A DNA stretch of 62,921 nt, filler included, from Octopus bimaculoides (taxonomy: Eukaryota): assembly GCF_001194135.2 (NCBI RefSeq). It is 4 parts of 4 records of this genome, joined end to end, with 100 filler letters (N's around TTAATTAATTAA, not from the genome) between each part and the next. Parts side by side here need not be neighbours in the genome. Positions count along the whole stretch, not along the records: positions 1 to 20,673 come from NC_068987.1; positions 20,774 to 35,193 come from NC_068988.1; 2 more parts are not named here. One strand, written 5' to 3'. Below, piece by piece: positions 12,555-24,865 of this stretch (positions are counted from its first letter, which is position 1; every line of letters starts with the position of its first letter). The position numbers were made by a program, and so were the translations under genes. The notes under the pieces were generated by a model, which saw only the letters and a program-made list of their open reading frames with translations, ran no database searches and was not told where the DNA came from.

Positions 12555-13470
12555 TATCTTGAAATAAATGGCCTAGTGTCAACAGTGCAGATATCCAGTA
12601 GGATATAGGAATGGAATTTGGGACTAAAACGTGTGGTATGCTTATAATACAAAGAAGTAAAGTAGTGTAGTCTGATGGTGTAGAGCTACCCGGCGAGAAA
12701 ATCAAGGATATTGTGACCAATGGATATAAATATCTGGCGATTTTAGAATACGACAAAATCAAGGATGCACGATAACGTGTCTAAGTTAGTCCACTGGAGG
12801 CTATGTGAAAAGTACGATCTAAACAGTGCACAGAAATGGTAAGAACATGAATCAGGAGTCATTGAGGACAAGGAATATAAGATACTATGGGATTTTACAA
12901 TCCAGTGTGACTCCCTAATCGAGGCTCGGAGACGAGATATTAATGTGGAAGATAAAGGAAAAAAGGAAATCAAGATGATAGGTAATGCAATACCCGGGGA
13001 TACACGCATAACTGACAAAGAACCAGAAAAGATTGAAATATACAGACTACTAAAAGACGAAATGTACAGACTACTACAAAGAACCAGAAAAGATTGAAAT
13101 GTACAGAACTTGGACTATAAGTAGAGTGTCTGTCGTTCTAGTAGTTGTAGGGTCTGTCGTTCTAGTAGTTTGTTCTAGTAGTCTGTCGTTCTAGTAGTTG
13201 TAGGGTCACTTGGGTCACTAACAACCAAGTTCGAGAAATATGTCAGAGAAATCGAATTGGCATGAGAGTAGAGCAATCCCCCAAAACTGCTCTGCCGGGG
13301 ACAGATAGGATTTTGAGATTCGTACTTGGATGTTGAATATCTCCCACGAGACCAAGTATCAAAGCTTATGATGTGCGGAAAGAGACCTTATGAAACCTCT
13401 GACAGCAGGCTGCTGTCCGCTCTCACAGAATCTACCAGAACAAACGAGACCGAACGTTCTGATAAGTAAA
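12555..13470 (+). mobile_element. R4/Dong-type LINE, internally deleted 3' fragment
   Basis: DIGMEFGTKTCGML...GYKYLAILE (RT end) is fused to HDNVSKLVHWRLCEK...KILWDFTIQCDSLIEARRRDI (REL endonuclease) and RILRFVLGC*. It starts after (AAT)n and ends before (TAT)n. Confidence 0.85.
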
Positions 13471-13773
13471 ACAATATTATTATTATTATTTTTATTGTTA
13501 CTACCTCAGAAAAAATATAGTATTTTAGTATAATTTGCAGTGAAAATTTAATTGAACATCAAACTGACTTTTCAGCAGATGAACTTATTGACAATACAAA
13601 ACAGAGACAAAAAATGGCGAAAAAAAAAGAATGTTTTGGAGCTATGTCAAAACGTACATGCGATAGAGATTGCTCTGGATTTGTGCAAATACAAATATTA
13701 ATTGGGAAAATTAATTACGATTATTAATGAGATACAGATCAGATAATTATGAGAAAATATATCTACACTAGAG

Positions 13774-13778
<5 letters not shown>

Positions 13779-13851
<73 letters not shown>
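13779..13851. repeat. (GA)n microsatellite
   Basis: Directly visible. Confidence 0.95.
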
Positions 13852-13852
<1 letters not shown>

Positions 13853-14020
13853 CAGAGATAAAGAAAGAGTGGCTAGGGAGAGAAAACGCTGTACCAACAT
13901 AGAAGGGAGGAAATAAGAGTAGAATATGTGTATTTAAGAATGCATGTATGTATACACATGTACACATACATTCATACAAACATACATAAACACACTCACA
14001 TATATGTATAATATATACAC

Positions 14021-14420
14021 ATAGGCGCAGGAGTGGCTGTGTGGTAAGTAGCTTGTTTACCAACCACATGGTCCCGGCTTCAGTCCCACAGCGTGGTACC
14101 TTGGGCAAGTGTCTTCTACTAGAGCTTCGGGCCGATCAAAACCTTGGATTTGGTAGACGGAAACTGGAGGCCCGCTGTATATGCATATATATATGTGTGT
14201 GTATATGTATGCGTATATGTTTGTGTGTCTGTTTGTCCTCCCAACATCGCTTGATATCCGATGCTGGTGTGTTTACATCCCCATAACTTAGCGGTTCAGC
14301 AAAAGACCGATAGAATAAGTACTAGGCTAACAAAGAATAAGCTCTGGGGTAGATTTGCTCGACTAAAGGCGGTGCTCCTGCATGGCCACAGTCAAATGAC
14401 TGAAACAAGTAAAAGTAAAA
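14021..14420 (+). mobile_element. tRNA-derived SINE, family B, full length
   Basis: ATAGGCGCAGGAGTGGCTGTGTGG (A box), TTCAGTCCCA (B box), ACCTTGGGCAAGTGTC (CORE-like), internal (TA)/(TG) tract, 3' end ...GTCAAATGACTGAAACAAGTAAAAG. Confidence 0.9.
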
Positions 14421-15119
14421 AAAAAAGAGTATGTCGGATATGTAGGTATGATATATATTCACATAGGTATTATNNNNNNNNNNNNNNNNNNNNNNNNNNN
14501 NNNNNNNNNNNNNNNNNNNNNNNNNNNNNNNNNNNNNNNNNNNNNNNNNNNNNNNNNNNNNNNNNNNNNNNNNNNNNNNNNNNNNNNNNNNNNNNNNNNN
14601 NNNNNNNNNNNNNNNNNNNNNNNNNNNNNNNNNNNNNNNNNNNNNNNNNNNNNNNNNNNNNNNNNNNNNNNNNNNNNNNNNNNNNNNNNNNNNNNNNNNN
14701 NNNNNNNNNNNNNNNNNNNNNNNNNNNNNNNNNNNNNNNNNNNNNNNNNNNNNNNNNNNNNNNNNNNNNNNNNNNNNNNNNNNNNNNNNNNNNNNNNNNN
14801 NNNNNNNNNNNNNNNNNNNNCTTCTTCTTCTTCTTCTTCTTCTTCTTCTTCTTCTTCTTCTTCTTCTTCTTCTTCTTCTTCTTCTTCTTCTTCTTCTTCT
14901 TCTTCTTTTCGCATCAACAGCATTCACGTTTTTTCTTCTTTTTTTTCACAGTTTCTCACAGTCGAGCATCTTAGTTTGTAAATACATCTAACGTATGTAC
15001 AGTGCCTAAAATATTGCTTGGAGATACGTGACATGGCTTATACATCTACCAATTTAAAGTATTATAAAGCATAAGACTATTAGTAGCTCCTTTATAACAG
15101 TGTATAAAATATATATATA

Positions 15120-15315
15120 TGTGTGTGTGTGTGTGTTTGTGTGCGCGTGTGTGTGTAACAGAATTCTTTCAGTTTCCATCTCCTAAATTCACTCACAAGA
15201 CTTTGACCGGCCCCGGGGTTATAGCAGATGTTTGCCTAAGGTGCCACGCAGTGGCCCTGAATCTGAGACCATGTTGGAAAGCGATTTCCCCTCACAGAAC
15301 CCTACCTGCGCCTAT
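15120..15315 (-). mobile_element. Family B SINE, 5' half
   Basis: TTCTTTCAGTTTCC...CCTAAGGTGCCACGCAGTGG...CCTGCGCCTATA. Confidence 0.75.
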
Positions 15316-16262
15316 ATATGCATATATAAAAAGGCAGAAAAGAAAAATTCATAATATCGTAAATGTTAGCAGTTGACAATAGACAAGAAAAAAGTTACTC
15401 TTATTCATATGTGACAGGATGGATGCACGTAGTCTAGCTGCATACAGCTTATGTTATTTCGTATTAACTCATTCGTGTCTCAGCACTCAGAGTATTATTT
15501 TTGATGAAACCGCGCAAGAAAGAGTGCAACATCTACGTTGCAATGATTGTCACTACTCAGTAACTTTCGGGCACTCAGAAACTCTCTTACAAACAAAATT
15601 GTGGAACTTCGTCATTTAATTACTCATGGGTATTTACACATGTCTAGCTCCAGGTTACAGTTACAAACAAACAACAAACAAAACACTTGTGAATAGATCA
15701 TGTTCACTAGCATGCTTCCCAAATTTGGACCGAAAATCAAATGAACATGAAATGACTCATCTGGTATTCGTAAGTGTCCTCGTTCAAAGTTGATTGTAAT
15801 CTTTCTTCTGATTTGACGATTTGAAGTGGTCCACATTCCTCACGAGCTATTAAGAGCTTTTCAGTTAAGTGTGATAGTAGCCGCTCTGTGGATCTACTCA
15901 ATTTTAACTATCATACTTGGTTACTATATTTTTCTCGTGTAAAACCCTTTGACGTGTCATTTTGTAACAAGGCTCCAACCAGATTAGAGCCAGTGACTCA
16001 CATTTCAAGTTTAAAACCACGGCCTTATTATATTTCCAAATATGGTATGACCAGCTCTTGAACCTAATCATATCTTTATTAAAACACGAACGCCTATGTA
16101 AATGTTTTTCGATCAGTCAGAATCGCCAAGCATATAAATAAACTTTAAAGAAGGCTTGTGCAAATTCCCGCCAGATTGCATTTCTTAGGGTCCAAGAAGC
16201 TTGGTTCCAGACCGACCAATGGCATGTGAGTAAACTTGGTCGACAGAAACTGTGGAAGTCCG

Positions 16263-16318
<56 letters not shown>

Positions 16319-17184
16319 GCATCTTTTATCTTTTAATTGTTTCTGTCATTGGACTGTGGCCACGCTGGAGCATCGCCTTGAAAGATTTTAGTCGAACAAA
16401 TGATCCCATGTATTTATTTTTTTCGTTTTTGGATTTGGTTTGTAAGATTCTGTATGTGAGTTTGTGTGTTGGGGCATGTTTTGTTGTGTCTGGGGAGAGT
16501 CATTCTCTTTTAGTGCCTTATTATTTAACACACTCACCGGTAAAGTTTCCACTCATTTACTTATTTATTTTTCCTAAATTTTCGTTGCGTCTTGCAACCT
16601 TTTCAATAGTCGTTCGCTCTGTCCGACGAAAAAGTGAGTATAAAGACTAGGATAAATAAATCCTTGTTTACCAGGATATTATTTTTCCTTGACCGCATTC
16701 TTTTTTTGACGTTTTCTACAACAGAATATTACCAAAAATAGAGCAAACCTTGTTTTCTTCGATAATTGCTGACACACTTCGCACGAATATTTCTTCCAAA
16801 AAATAAGGCCCACCCATTCGCGATAAAAAAAGAAAGAAAAAAGAAAACTAAAACAATTTAATGTAAAAGGAACAATAATCCTAACAAGTAGTAGCAATCA
16901 ATAATCGTTCATTACGTAGACTTTTATAGCTATATGACATTTTTGTTTTAAAGAGAAAGAAATGAAATGCCATGTCCACGCCGTTATAAAGGACATCGTT
17001 GACGTAAGGAAAGTGAAAGCGAAGAGAGGGTTTTAAGCTATAGTTTTAGTTTTGAATGGCGACTGAAACCGATTTCGGACTCAGTTTGTCACACATCGAT
17101 GTATATCAATATAGCAACAGCGATATGATTATTTCCACTGTAGGCAGAGGGCCTGAAATTTAGGGAGAGGAGGATGGTTAATTA

Positions 17185-17324
17185 CTTCGATTCCAGTACT
17201 TGACTGGTACTTTATTTTATCGACCACGAAATAATCTAAGGCAAAGTGGGTCTCTGTAGAATTTGATCTCGGAACGTAAGAAATAGGAAGAAATGCCGTC
17301 AAACATTTTGTCCGGCAAACTGCC

Positions 17325-17325
<1 letters not shown>
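17185..17325 (-). mobile_element. Family C SINE
   Basis: CCAGTACTTGACTGGTACTTTATTTTATCGACC...GGCAAAGTGGG...AATTTGATCTCGGAACGTAAG. Confidence 0.75.
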
Positions 17326-17373
<48 letters not shown>

Positions 17374-17389
17374 TAATAATAATAATAAT

Positions 17390-17787
17390 ACTCTTTTACT
17401 CTTTTATTTGTTTCAGTCATTTGGCTGCGGCCTTGCTGGAGCACCACCTTTAGTCGAGCAAATCGACCCCAGGACTTATTCTTTGGAAGCCTAGTACTTA
17501 TTCTATCGGTCTCTTTTGCCGAACCGCTAAGTTACAGGGACGTAAACACACCAGTATCGGTTGTCGAGCGATGTTGGGGGAACAAACACAGACACACAAA
17601 CACATGCACACACATACATACATATATATATATATATATACATATATACGATGGGCTTCTTTCAGTTTCCGTCTACCAAATCCACTCAGAAGGCTTTGGT
17701 CGGCCCGAGGCTATAGTAGAAGACACTTGCCCAAGGTACCACGCAGTGGGACTGAACCCAGAACCATGTGGTTGGTACGCAAGCTAG
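17390..17787 (-). mobile_element. Family B SINE, near full length, head interrupted by the LINE
   Basis: Near-identical to 27045-27435. The final ~28 nt of the head are missing and are replaced by the Dong fragment. Confidence 0.9.
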
Positions 17788-20094
17788 AGGAAAGCAAAGC
17801 ATCCTGGAGAAGGATCTGGGACCAACCTGTAGAGCATAATGATGAAGCGGAGTGGCTGCATGAAATCCAAGATAGGTTAAGAAATATAGAAAACCAAGAA
17901 GACATAAAGATAACTACAGAAATGATAGAAAAGCAGTTAAGAAAATTCCCAAATTAGAAGAGCCCAAGACCGGATGGGGTCCAAAGATATTGGCTGAAGA
18001 AGCTGAGAGGGCTCCATGAAAGGCTAGCACAACAGCTAGATGACTGCTTGCAGGATGACAAAGGGAAAGACTTTGTTATGTGCCAAGGATCCTGAAAAGG
18101 GAAATGTTGCAACTAACTTTAGATCAATAACATACCTTCCGCTAATGTGGAAACTAATGTCAGGTGCTTTGGCCGGTGAACTGTACAAATACTTGGAAAA
18201 AAGTGGGCTGCTACCCATTGAACAGAAAGGATGCCGAAAAAGGATCCGGGGATCGGAGGATCAGCTCTTAATTGATAATCTAATTATCAGGAACTGTAAG
18301 AGAAGACATATAAACCTGAGCATGGCATGGGTTGACTATCGAAAAGCATATGATATATCATACTCCTAGATAATAAGAACAATAGAAATGTATGAAGTAG
18401 CAGAGAATATGAGAAGCCGTACATGGAATAACATGAAATACTGGTGAACGGAATTGACAACAGGGGAGCAAGTACTAGGAGAGGTGAAAATCAAGAGAGG
18501 TGTCTTCTATGGGGACAGTGTGTCTCCACAGATATTCGAGCTGGGAATGATCCCCTTGAGTGAAATAGTACAGAAAAGAAAGTTGGGGCATGATCTGGAA
18601 AGAGGTAAGAGAAAACTAAACCACCTGCTATTCATGGACAACCTGAAACTTATTCACAAAAAATGAGGCAAAACTAGATAGCCTAGTCCAGTCTGTGCAG
18701 ATTTTCTCCAGTGGTATCAAGATGGAGTTTGGACACTCAAAATGTGCTGCGATCGTGATGAGACGAGGAAAGCTTGCCAGGACAGAAGGTATATGGTTGC
18801 TAAGTGGTGAAATGATGAAGGCAATCCAGCCACAATCCAGCTATAAATATCTGGGAATACTTGAGGCAGATGGAATCAAACGCCACGACATGAAGAGAAT
18901 ACCTGCGGAGAGTGAGAAAAATATTGGCTTCAAAGCTGAATGCCAGAAACATCATTTTGGCAATAAATTCGCGCGCATTTGCAGTAGTTCGGTGTGGTGC
19001 TGAAATCCTGAGGTGGACACAAGGGGAGCTAAAGGAGATGGACAGTCAAGAAAGTTCCTAACAATGCACGGAGCCCATCATCCAGGTGCAGACACTTATC
19101 GCCTATACATGAAGAGAGCAAATGGAGGAAGGGGACTGATAAGTGTGGAAGACTACGTGCGTATCGAACTCGAGAGCTTAATGAGATACCTAGCCCAAAG
19201 TAAAGAAACCTTGCTAGTGCCAATTAGGAACGAGAGAGTATTCAGAGTAGAGAAAAAAGGGAAAACAAAAGAAGGAGTACAAAAAGGATATGAAGAAGAA
19301 TTACGCAAGAAGGGACTACACAATCAATTTTATATAGCCACAACAGAAGTTTCTGGAAAAAATAGGTAGGATTGGCTGATGAAAGAAACCCTAAAAAACG
19401 AGACCGAAAGCACTATACTGGCAGTGCAAGACCAAGTACTGGCCACGAATTGGAGGGTCAATCTGAGGAATGAGCAAGTGTCTCTGCTGTGCCGCATCTG
19501 CAACAGAGTGGATGAAACCGTTGCATATATCACGAACGAATGCTCTAGACTTGCCCAAAACTGCTACATGTTGTGGCGACACGACCACGTAGCGAAAGTG
19601 CTACATTGGAAACTGTGCGAAAAGTGAGGGCGAGAGAGAGGCGAGAATGGTATGAGCACAAACCACAGAGAGTGGAGTCGGAGACTAGCAAAATCCTCTG
19701 GGATTTCCCAATCCAAACAGATCAGGTGCCAGAGCATAACATACCGGACGTAGTGATGGTGGACAAAGTGCACCACATATGCTATATAGTTGACGTTGCA
19801 TGCCCCCTTGACCCACGAATAGCCAAGAAGGAAGGCAAAAGGATAGATAGATACAACCCTTTTAAGTAAGAAATAGCTCGGTTATGGAAAATGAAGAAGG
19901 TGAAGACAGTGTCAACTATTGTTGGGTCCTTGGGACCAGTATCAGAAGGTATCAAGAGGAATATAAAGGAAGTTGGAATAGAGTGCCCAGTAGAACGAAT
20001 AGATGGTACCGTATGCAGCAAGTAGTAAGCCCGCTACGCATGCAAGATTCTAGGAGCTCCAACAAAAACTGTGATAAAGAGATTAATAATAATG

Positions 20095-20180
<86 letters not shown>
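17788..20180 (+). mobile_element. 5'-truncated R4/Dong-clade non-LTR retrotransposon (RT, CCHC knuckle, REL endonuclease), pseudogenised, (AAT)n tail
   Basis: RT motifs [60 protein letters not shown]. Zinc knuckle CRICNRVDETVAYITNEC...RHDHVAKVLHWKLC. REL motif ILWDFPIQTD...PDVVMVDK...IVDVACP. Many frameshifts and stops; (AAT)n at 20085-20180. Confidence 0.95.
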
Positions 20181-20183
20181 TTC

Positions 20184-20375
20184 TGCTATAGGCACAAGGA
20201 CTGAAATTGTAGGGGAGGGGTAGTCGATTACATGCCCCTAGTGTGTCACTGGTGCTCAATTTATTGATCCCGAAAGGATGAAAGGCAAAATCAACCTCGG
20301 CGGAATTTGAACTCAGAACGTGCAGATGAAATACCGCTAAGCATTTTACCCGATGTACTAACGATTCTGCCAGCG
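20184..20375 (-). mobile_element. Family C tRNA-derived SINE
   Basis: Reverse complement carries CTGGCAGAATCGTTAG (A-like box) and GAGTTCAAATTCCG (B box); tail ...CAGTCCTTGTGCCTATAG. Confidence 0.85.
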
Positions 20376-20521
20376 AAAAGCAGCCTTATTGGGCACAGCG
20401 CACTTGTTAAGGAAAGTATTATCTGTCTGAGGTCCTTGTTGTGACTTGACAGATGACTAAAGACTCCAGTGCATTTTTACCTACACTGTGTAACGAAGGA
20501 ATAATAATAATGATAATAATG

Positions 20522-20585
<64 letters not shown>

Positions 20586-20587
<2 letters not shown>

Positions 20588-20673
20588 TGCTTAACTGGAA
20601 TACCAGTGAAATAATGAAAATTGATCGAAAAATCCGTAAGCTACTGACTTGTAATAAGATGCACCATCCAAAG
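20586..20673 (+). mobile_element. R4/Dong-type LINE fragment starting directly after (AAT)n
   Basis: VLNWNTSEIMKIDRKIRKLLTCNKMHHPK; cut off by a gap. Confidence 0.75.
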
Positions 20674-20773
20674 NNNNNNNNNNNNNNNNNNNNNNNNNNN
20701 NNNNNNNNNNNNNNNNNTTAATTAATTAANNNNNNNNNNNNNNNNNNNNNNNNNNNNNNNNNNNNNNNNNNNN
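20674..20773. other. Artificial 100-bp scaffold join (44 N + TTAATTAATTAA + 44 N)
   Basis: Identical architecture at 35194-35293 and 57824-57923. The 12-mer is palindromic and has stops in all six frames. Confidence 0.95.
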
Positions 20774-20825
<52 letters not shown>

Positions 20826-20879
20826 GTTATATATACATAAATACGGACGTAGTAGATAACAGCTAACCTTCGGCCGCAC

Positions 20880-21484
20880 CTTTGGACCCTGTTATGTCCA
20901 CTACTCTGATTGGCGAATAGGTCTATCTGTGTCCTTCAACTGTCGAACTAATTGCAGCTTGTATAGTGTAAACTGCAGCTGTCTCCTGAAGATGCGCCAA
21001 ACAGTTGTTGACAGGGACTGAAATTCTCGATTGGCTATTCTAACTGATTTCTGGGGGCTGCGCAAGAAAGCTTGCCGAACTTGTTCAACTGTTTCATTTG
21101 AAGTTGAAAGGTACCCTGTTCTCTTTGCCAGGTACAAACACCCCTCCTCCTTAAATTTTGCATGCCAATTCAAAATAGAACGCCTGTCTGGTACCTGCTT
21201 GGTAAACGTTGTACGAAATGTGCGTTGAACACGTGTTCTTGATGCAGTTTTAGCGTATTCTAGTATGCAAAATGACCTCTTGTTTCGTGAATGACATTAC
21301 TGGATCTGAAAAGAGACAAAAAACAAAATGAAATCAAATTTAATTAATTAAATTTTAATTAAATTAACAGAAGAAAACTTGACACTTTTAGCTTTTAAAT
21401 GGTACCAGTTCAATCATACTACCGTTTGTAGTTCATGATATAAAAGTTCTTAGAATGCGACATAAACTTTTGAAACATCCTGTA
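20880..21484 (-). mobile_element. Tc1/mariner (DD37D/maT-like, DUF4817-type N-terminus), 5' remnant with left TIR
   Basis: WHAKFKEEGCL...TVEQVRQAFLRSPQKSVRIANRE...TTVWRIFRRQLQFTLYKLQLV. Terminal TA-CAGGATGTTTCAAAAG on the minus strand, ending at about 21484. Confidence 0.85.
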
Positions 21485-21689
21485 TATTTTCAGACATCAG
21501 CCTACGTAACCTATACGCTTATATATTTATATGCAACTTCGTCATTGCCTCCCGGCGTTAATGTTACCATTAGCACTATATTATATTGTACTGTGCTTTA
21601 TTACTTTATTTTTGTTTCGCATTATTTTTGTACTACCATCTGCTTGAGCTTGCTCAGGGTTACCTGAGTCAATCATGCCACCTGTCACG

Positions 21690-22620
21690 ATACTGCATAA
21701 TATTCAGATCAGTAGGGCAACATCTGTGTCCATACAGAGTTGGTCGATAAAGGTCCTTTTTTTTTTTTTACTGGACGGCTTTCTATCGTAAATCATTGCC
21801 GAGCTGTCCTTGGAAGTGTATCACTAATGAGGTCTTGCTTAGCTCTCCATCAACGCCTTGCAAAACGCATGCGTCTCTTTCCAATGACAGCAGCGATTGC
21901 AAGAAGACAGCTCTTTAGTTACTGTTTTTGGTCAGAATTTTTTTTCCATGAGATATTCAAAATAGCTCGTGGCATGCGGGTGTAAATTCCAATAAGCCTT
22001 CCTTTCGGTTTTTTTTTTTTTTTTTGGTGAATTTTCAAACTATGGACTCGTTCAATAGCACTGATTCTACCTTTTCTCGGAAAAGGTTGCCATTAAGATC
22101 ATCAGGTAACGATGATTTTCGGGTGACACCGAAGCCCTGCCGGACAGCTCTTTCTTTCGCAAGACAAATTTTTACTTCCTTTTTTTTGTGGATTCAATTT
22201 TACCTCCTAAATATACAGAAGAGTCTTTAGATTAATAGAGGGCTTTGTTTGATTGTACTTGGTCTACTATTTGTAGTAGATGTAGCCTGTCATTGAAACA
22301 TTGATGTACGTGGTGAAGAAAGGGCTGGAGTTTTATATTTGGCTCAGCATGGAAAAACTCAACAAACTCAACAGCTGTAAGAGACTCTTACTAAGAGTAG
22401 AATACTTCTCAACTGTCACACACTAAAGTCTAAGCGGTGTAATTTTTTTCTACACTGTTTGAACGATCATCACAATATCCAATAGCAACAATCATCTCGT
22501 GCTAAAAGCCCAGATGCGAAGCTGAAGTCTTAGATTGCTGTAGCAAACAGTCCGCTCTTGTTCGACGTGTTCGAAACAACTTTTCCTACGCTTTAGCGGA
22601 GACATGAAATCGCAGATAGA
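21690..22620 (-). mobile_element. RTE-X-like LINE, decayed RT end and 3' region
   Basis: Hand translation: YLGGKIES...EVKICLAK, YTRMPRAILNISWKK, KRRMRFARR*WRAKQDLISD, KRTFIDQLCMDT. Confidence 0.7.
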
Positions 22621-24734
22621 CCAAAAAGGCCCAAATTCACTGTCCACCATCTAACCAAGCAAAATTGTCTGCACATGCTAGGTTTTTAAAACCATAATTG
22701 TACTATATTACATCTTATTGAATGACTGGCGGACTGTTTTCAGGCGCTATACAATCCATGATGATGCGACCATCTTCAATAAATGGCCGCCCACCAAAAA
22801 TTCCGATATGCGCAGCTCTGAGGTAGTACAACTCGTGAACTACGATCCGCTCCGAAGGAAGTACGCCAACAATTACCCCATTCGTCATAAAGGGCTCCAT
22901 GCGCTTTTTTTTTTATCCTTCTTTGAGTTTTAAATTGGTTTTAATATCATAGTCTATCTTTCAATTCTTCCTCACCAGTCTCGTATTCCACTATTTGTTT
23001 AAGGTCTTCCCATTACCCGATAGTAGTAATCTTTGACAATAGATTTAACATTGCTTCGCTACCTACCACTACCCTCCCGCCGCCTTTTTCACCCTCTCTG
23101 CTTTTTTTCTGCTATCTTACAACCGAAGTTTATTTGCCAACATCTCGCTCAGAGATTTAAAATTAACTGGTTTTCTCTTTTAAATTAAAATAAACATTTA
23201 TTTACATGAAAGAAAATTTCCGGAGAAATTTCATCTAATTCTTCTAAATCTTTCTGTTAAAAGTTGTAATGTGTTTATCGCTTTTTCATTAAGCACTGGT
23301 GGTTGTAAGGTGTGTAATGGAGTCACCATGATGTGGTGGAGTATGTTGTATGTTTGTGTTATCGTGTCAGGGTGCGATAGACATGTGTTTGCCTGTGAAA
23401 TAACAAAGTGAGGATCTTGTTCAAAACAGGGGCACCAGTATTTTCTTAACGAAACACTTTGAAACTTGGGACACTGGTAGAATGTGTCATATAAAACATC
23501 TTTTTCTCTTAGTCTTCTTAACAAAAAAACGTACATCGCAAGTTATTTCATGTTAAAGTTGTCGTATTTCTGTAATTTAAACCAATGACTGACGTCCATT
23601 CAGCCGTAAAAGTTAAGTGCTGACTACGTAAACAAACGATTCTCGGCGGTGATAAAATTATTATTTCCTTGTCAAAAAATGGCTGAAGCATATTGGCAGT
23701 AGCTAATAAACCTTTCTATTATAGGCACAAGGCATGGTTTTTGAGGGAAGGAGCAAGTCAATTAGGGTTNNNNNNNNNNNNNNNNNNNNNNNNNNNNNNN
23801 NNNNNNNNNNNNNNNNNNNNNNNNNNNNNNNNNNNNNNNNNNNNNNNNNNNNNNNNNNNNNNNNNNNNNNNNNNNNNNNNNNNNNNNNNNNNNNNNNNNN
23901 NNNNNNNNNNNNNNNNNNNNNNNNNNNNNNNNNNNNNNNNNNNNNNNNNNNNNNNNNNNNNNNNNNNNNNNNNNNNNNNNNNNNNNNNNNNNNNNNNNNN
24001 NNNNNNNNNNNNNNNNNNNNNNNNNNNNNNNNNNNNNNNNNNNNNNNNNNNNNNNNNNNNNNNNNNNNNNNNNNNNNNNNNNNNNNNNNNNNNNNNNNNN
24101 NNNNNNNNNNNNNNNNNNNNNNNNNNNNNNNNNNNNNNNNNNNNNNNNNNNNNNNNNNNNNNNNNNNNNNNNNNNNNNNNNNNNNNNNNNNNNNNNNNNN
24201 NNNNNNNNNNNNNNNNNNNNNNNNNNNNNNNNNNNNNNNNNNNNNNNNNNNNNNNNNNNNNNNNNNNNNNNNNNNNNNNNNNNNNNNNNNNNNNNNNNNN
24301 NNNNNNNNNNNNNNNNNNNNNNNNNNNNNNNNNNNNNNNNNNNNNNNNNNNNNNNNNNNNNNNNNNNNNNNNNNNNNNNNNNNNNNNNNNNNNNNNNNNN
24401 NNNNNNNNNNNNNNNNNNNNNNNNNNNNNNNNNNNNNNNNNNNNNNNNNNNNNNNNNNNNNNNNNNNNNNNNNNNNNNNNNNNNNNNNNNNNNNNNNNNN
24501 NNNNNNTAAAGGGAGATCATCAATCACTTTTTGACAGGACAAAGAAAACCTGTTTTCGCGCCTGTTGATCGTGGTGGTTTGGACGACCGAGAATTCTTAG
24601 GTTCAGTTTCGAATCTAGGCTTGGAGAAGGAAGTGTTAATTTTTACACTACCCACCTTCTAAAAATTACAGCTAAATAAGATTTATTTACATGAAATAAA
24701 ATTACCGGAGACATAACACGTTGTTTACAAATAT

Positions 24735-24865
24735 TCTTTTCTACTCAAGGCACAAGGCCCGAAATTTTGGGGAGGGGACCAGTCGATTAGACTGATCACA
24801 GTACGCAACTGGTACTTCAATTTATCGACCCCGAAAGGATAAATGGCAAAGTCGACCTCGGCGGA
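24735..24865 (-). mobile_element. Family C SINE, partial
   Basis: GGCACAAGGCCCGAAATTTTGGGGAGGG...ATCGACCCCGAAAGGAT...GTCGACCTCGGCGG. Confidence 0.8.

Noticed and set aside
14021-14100. Pol III A/B boxes as tRNA genes (here and in other SINE heads)
   Set aside because: There is no cloverleaf, and each continues into a repeated SINE body.
20718-20729. TTAATTAATTAA islands inside N runs (also 35238-35249 and 57868-57879), which at first look like a recurring conserved motif
   Set aside because: Each is flanked by exactly 44 N on both sides (100 bp total) and encodes stops in six frames, so it is a scaffolding spacer and not biology.
23693-24568. Long ORFs of 250-290 aa in the ORF track (also at 6.7-7.3, 14.3-15.0 and 40.7-41.7 kb)
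   Set aside because: They run through N gaps (poly-X) and carry no coding information.
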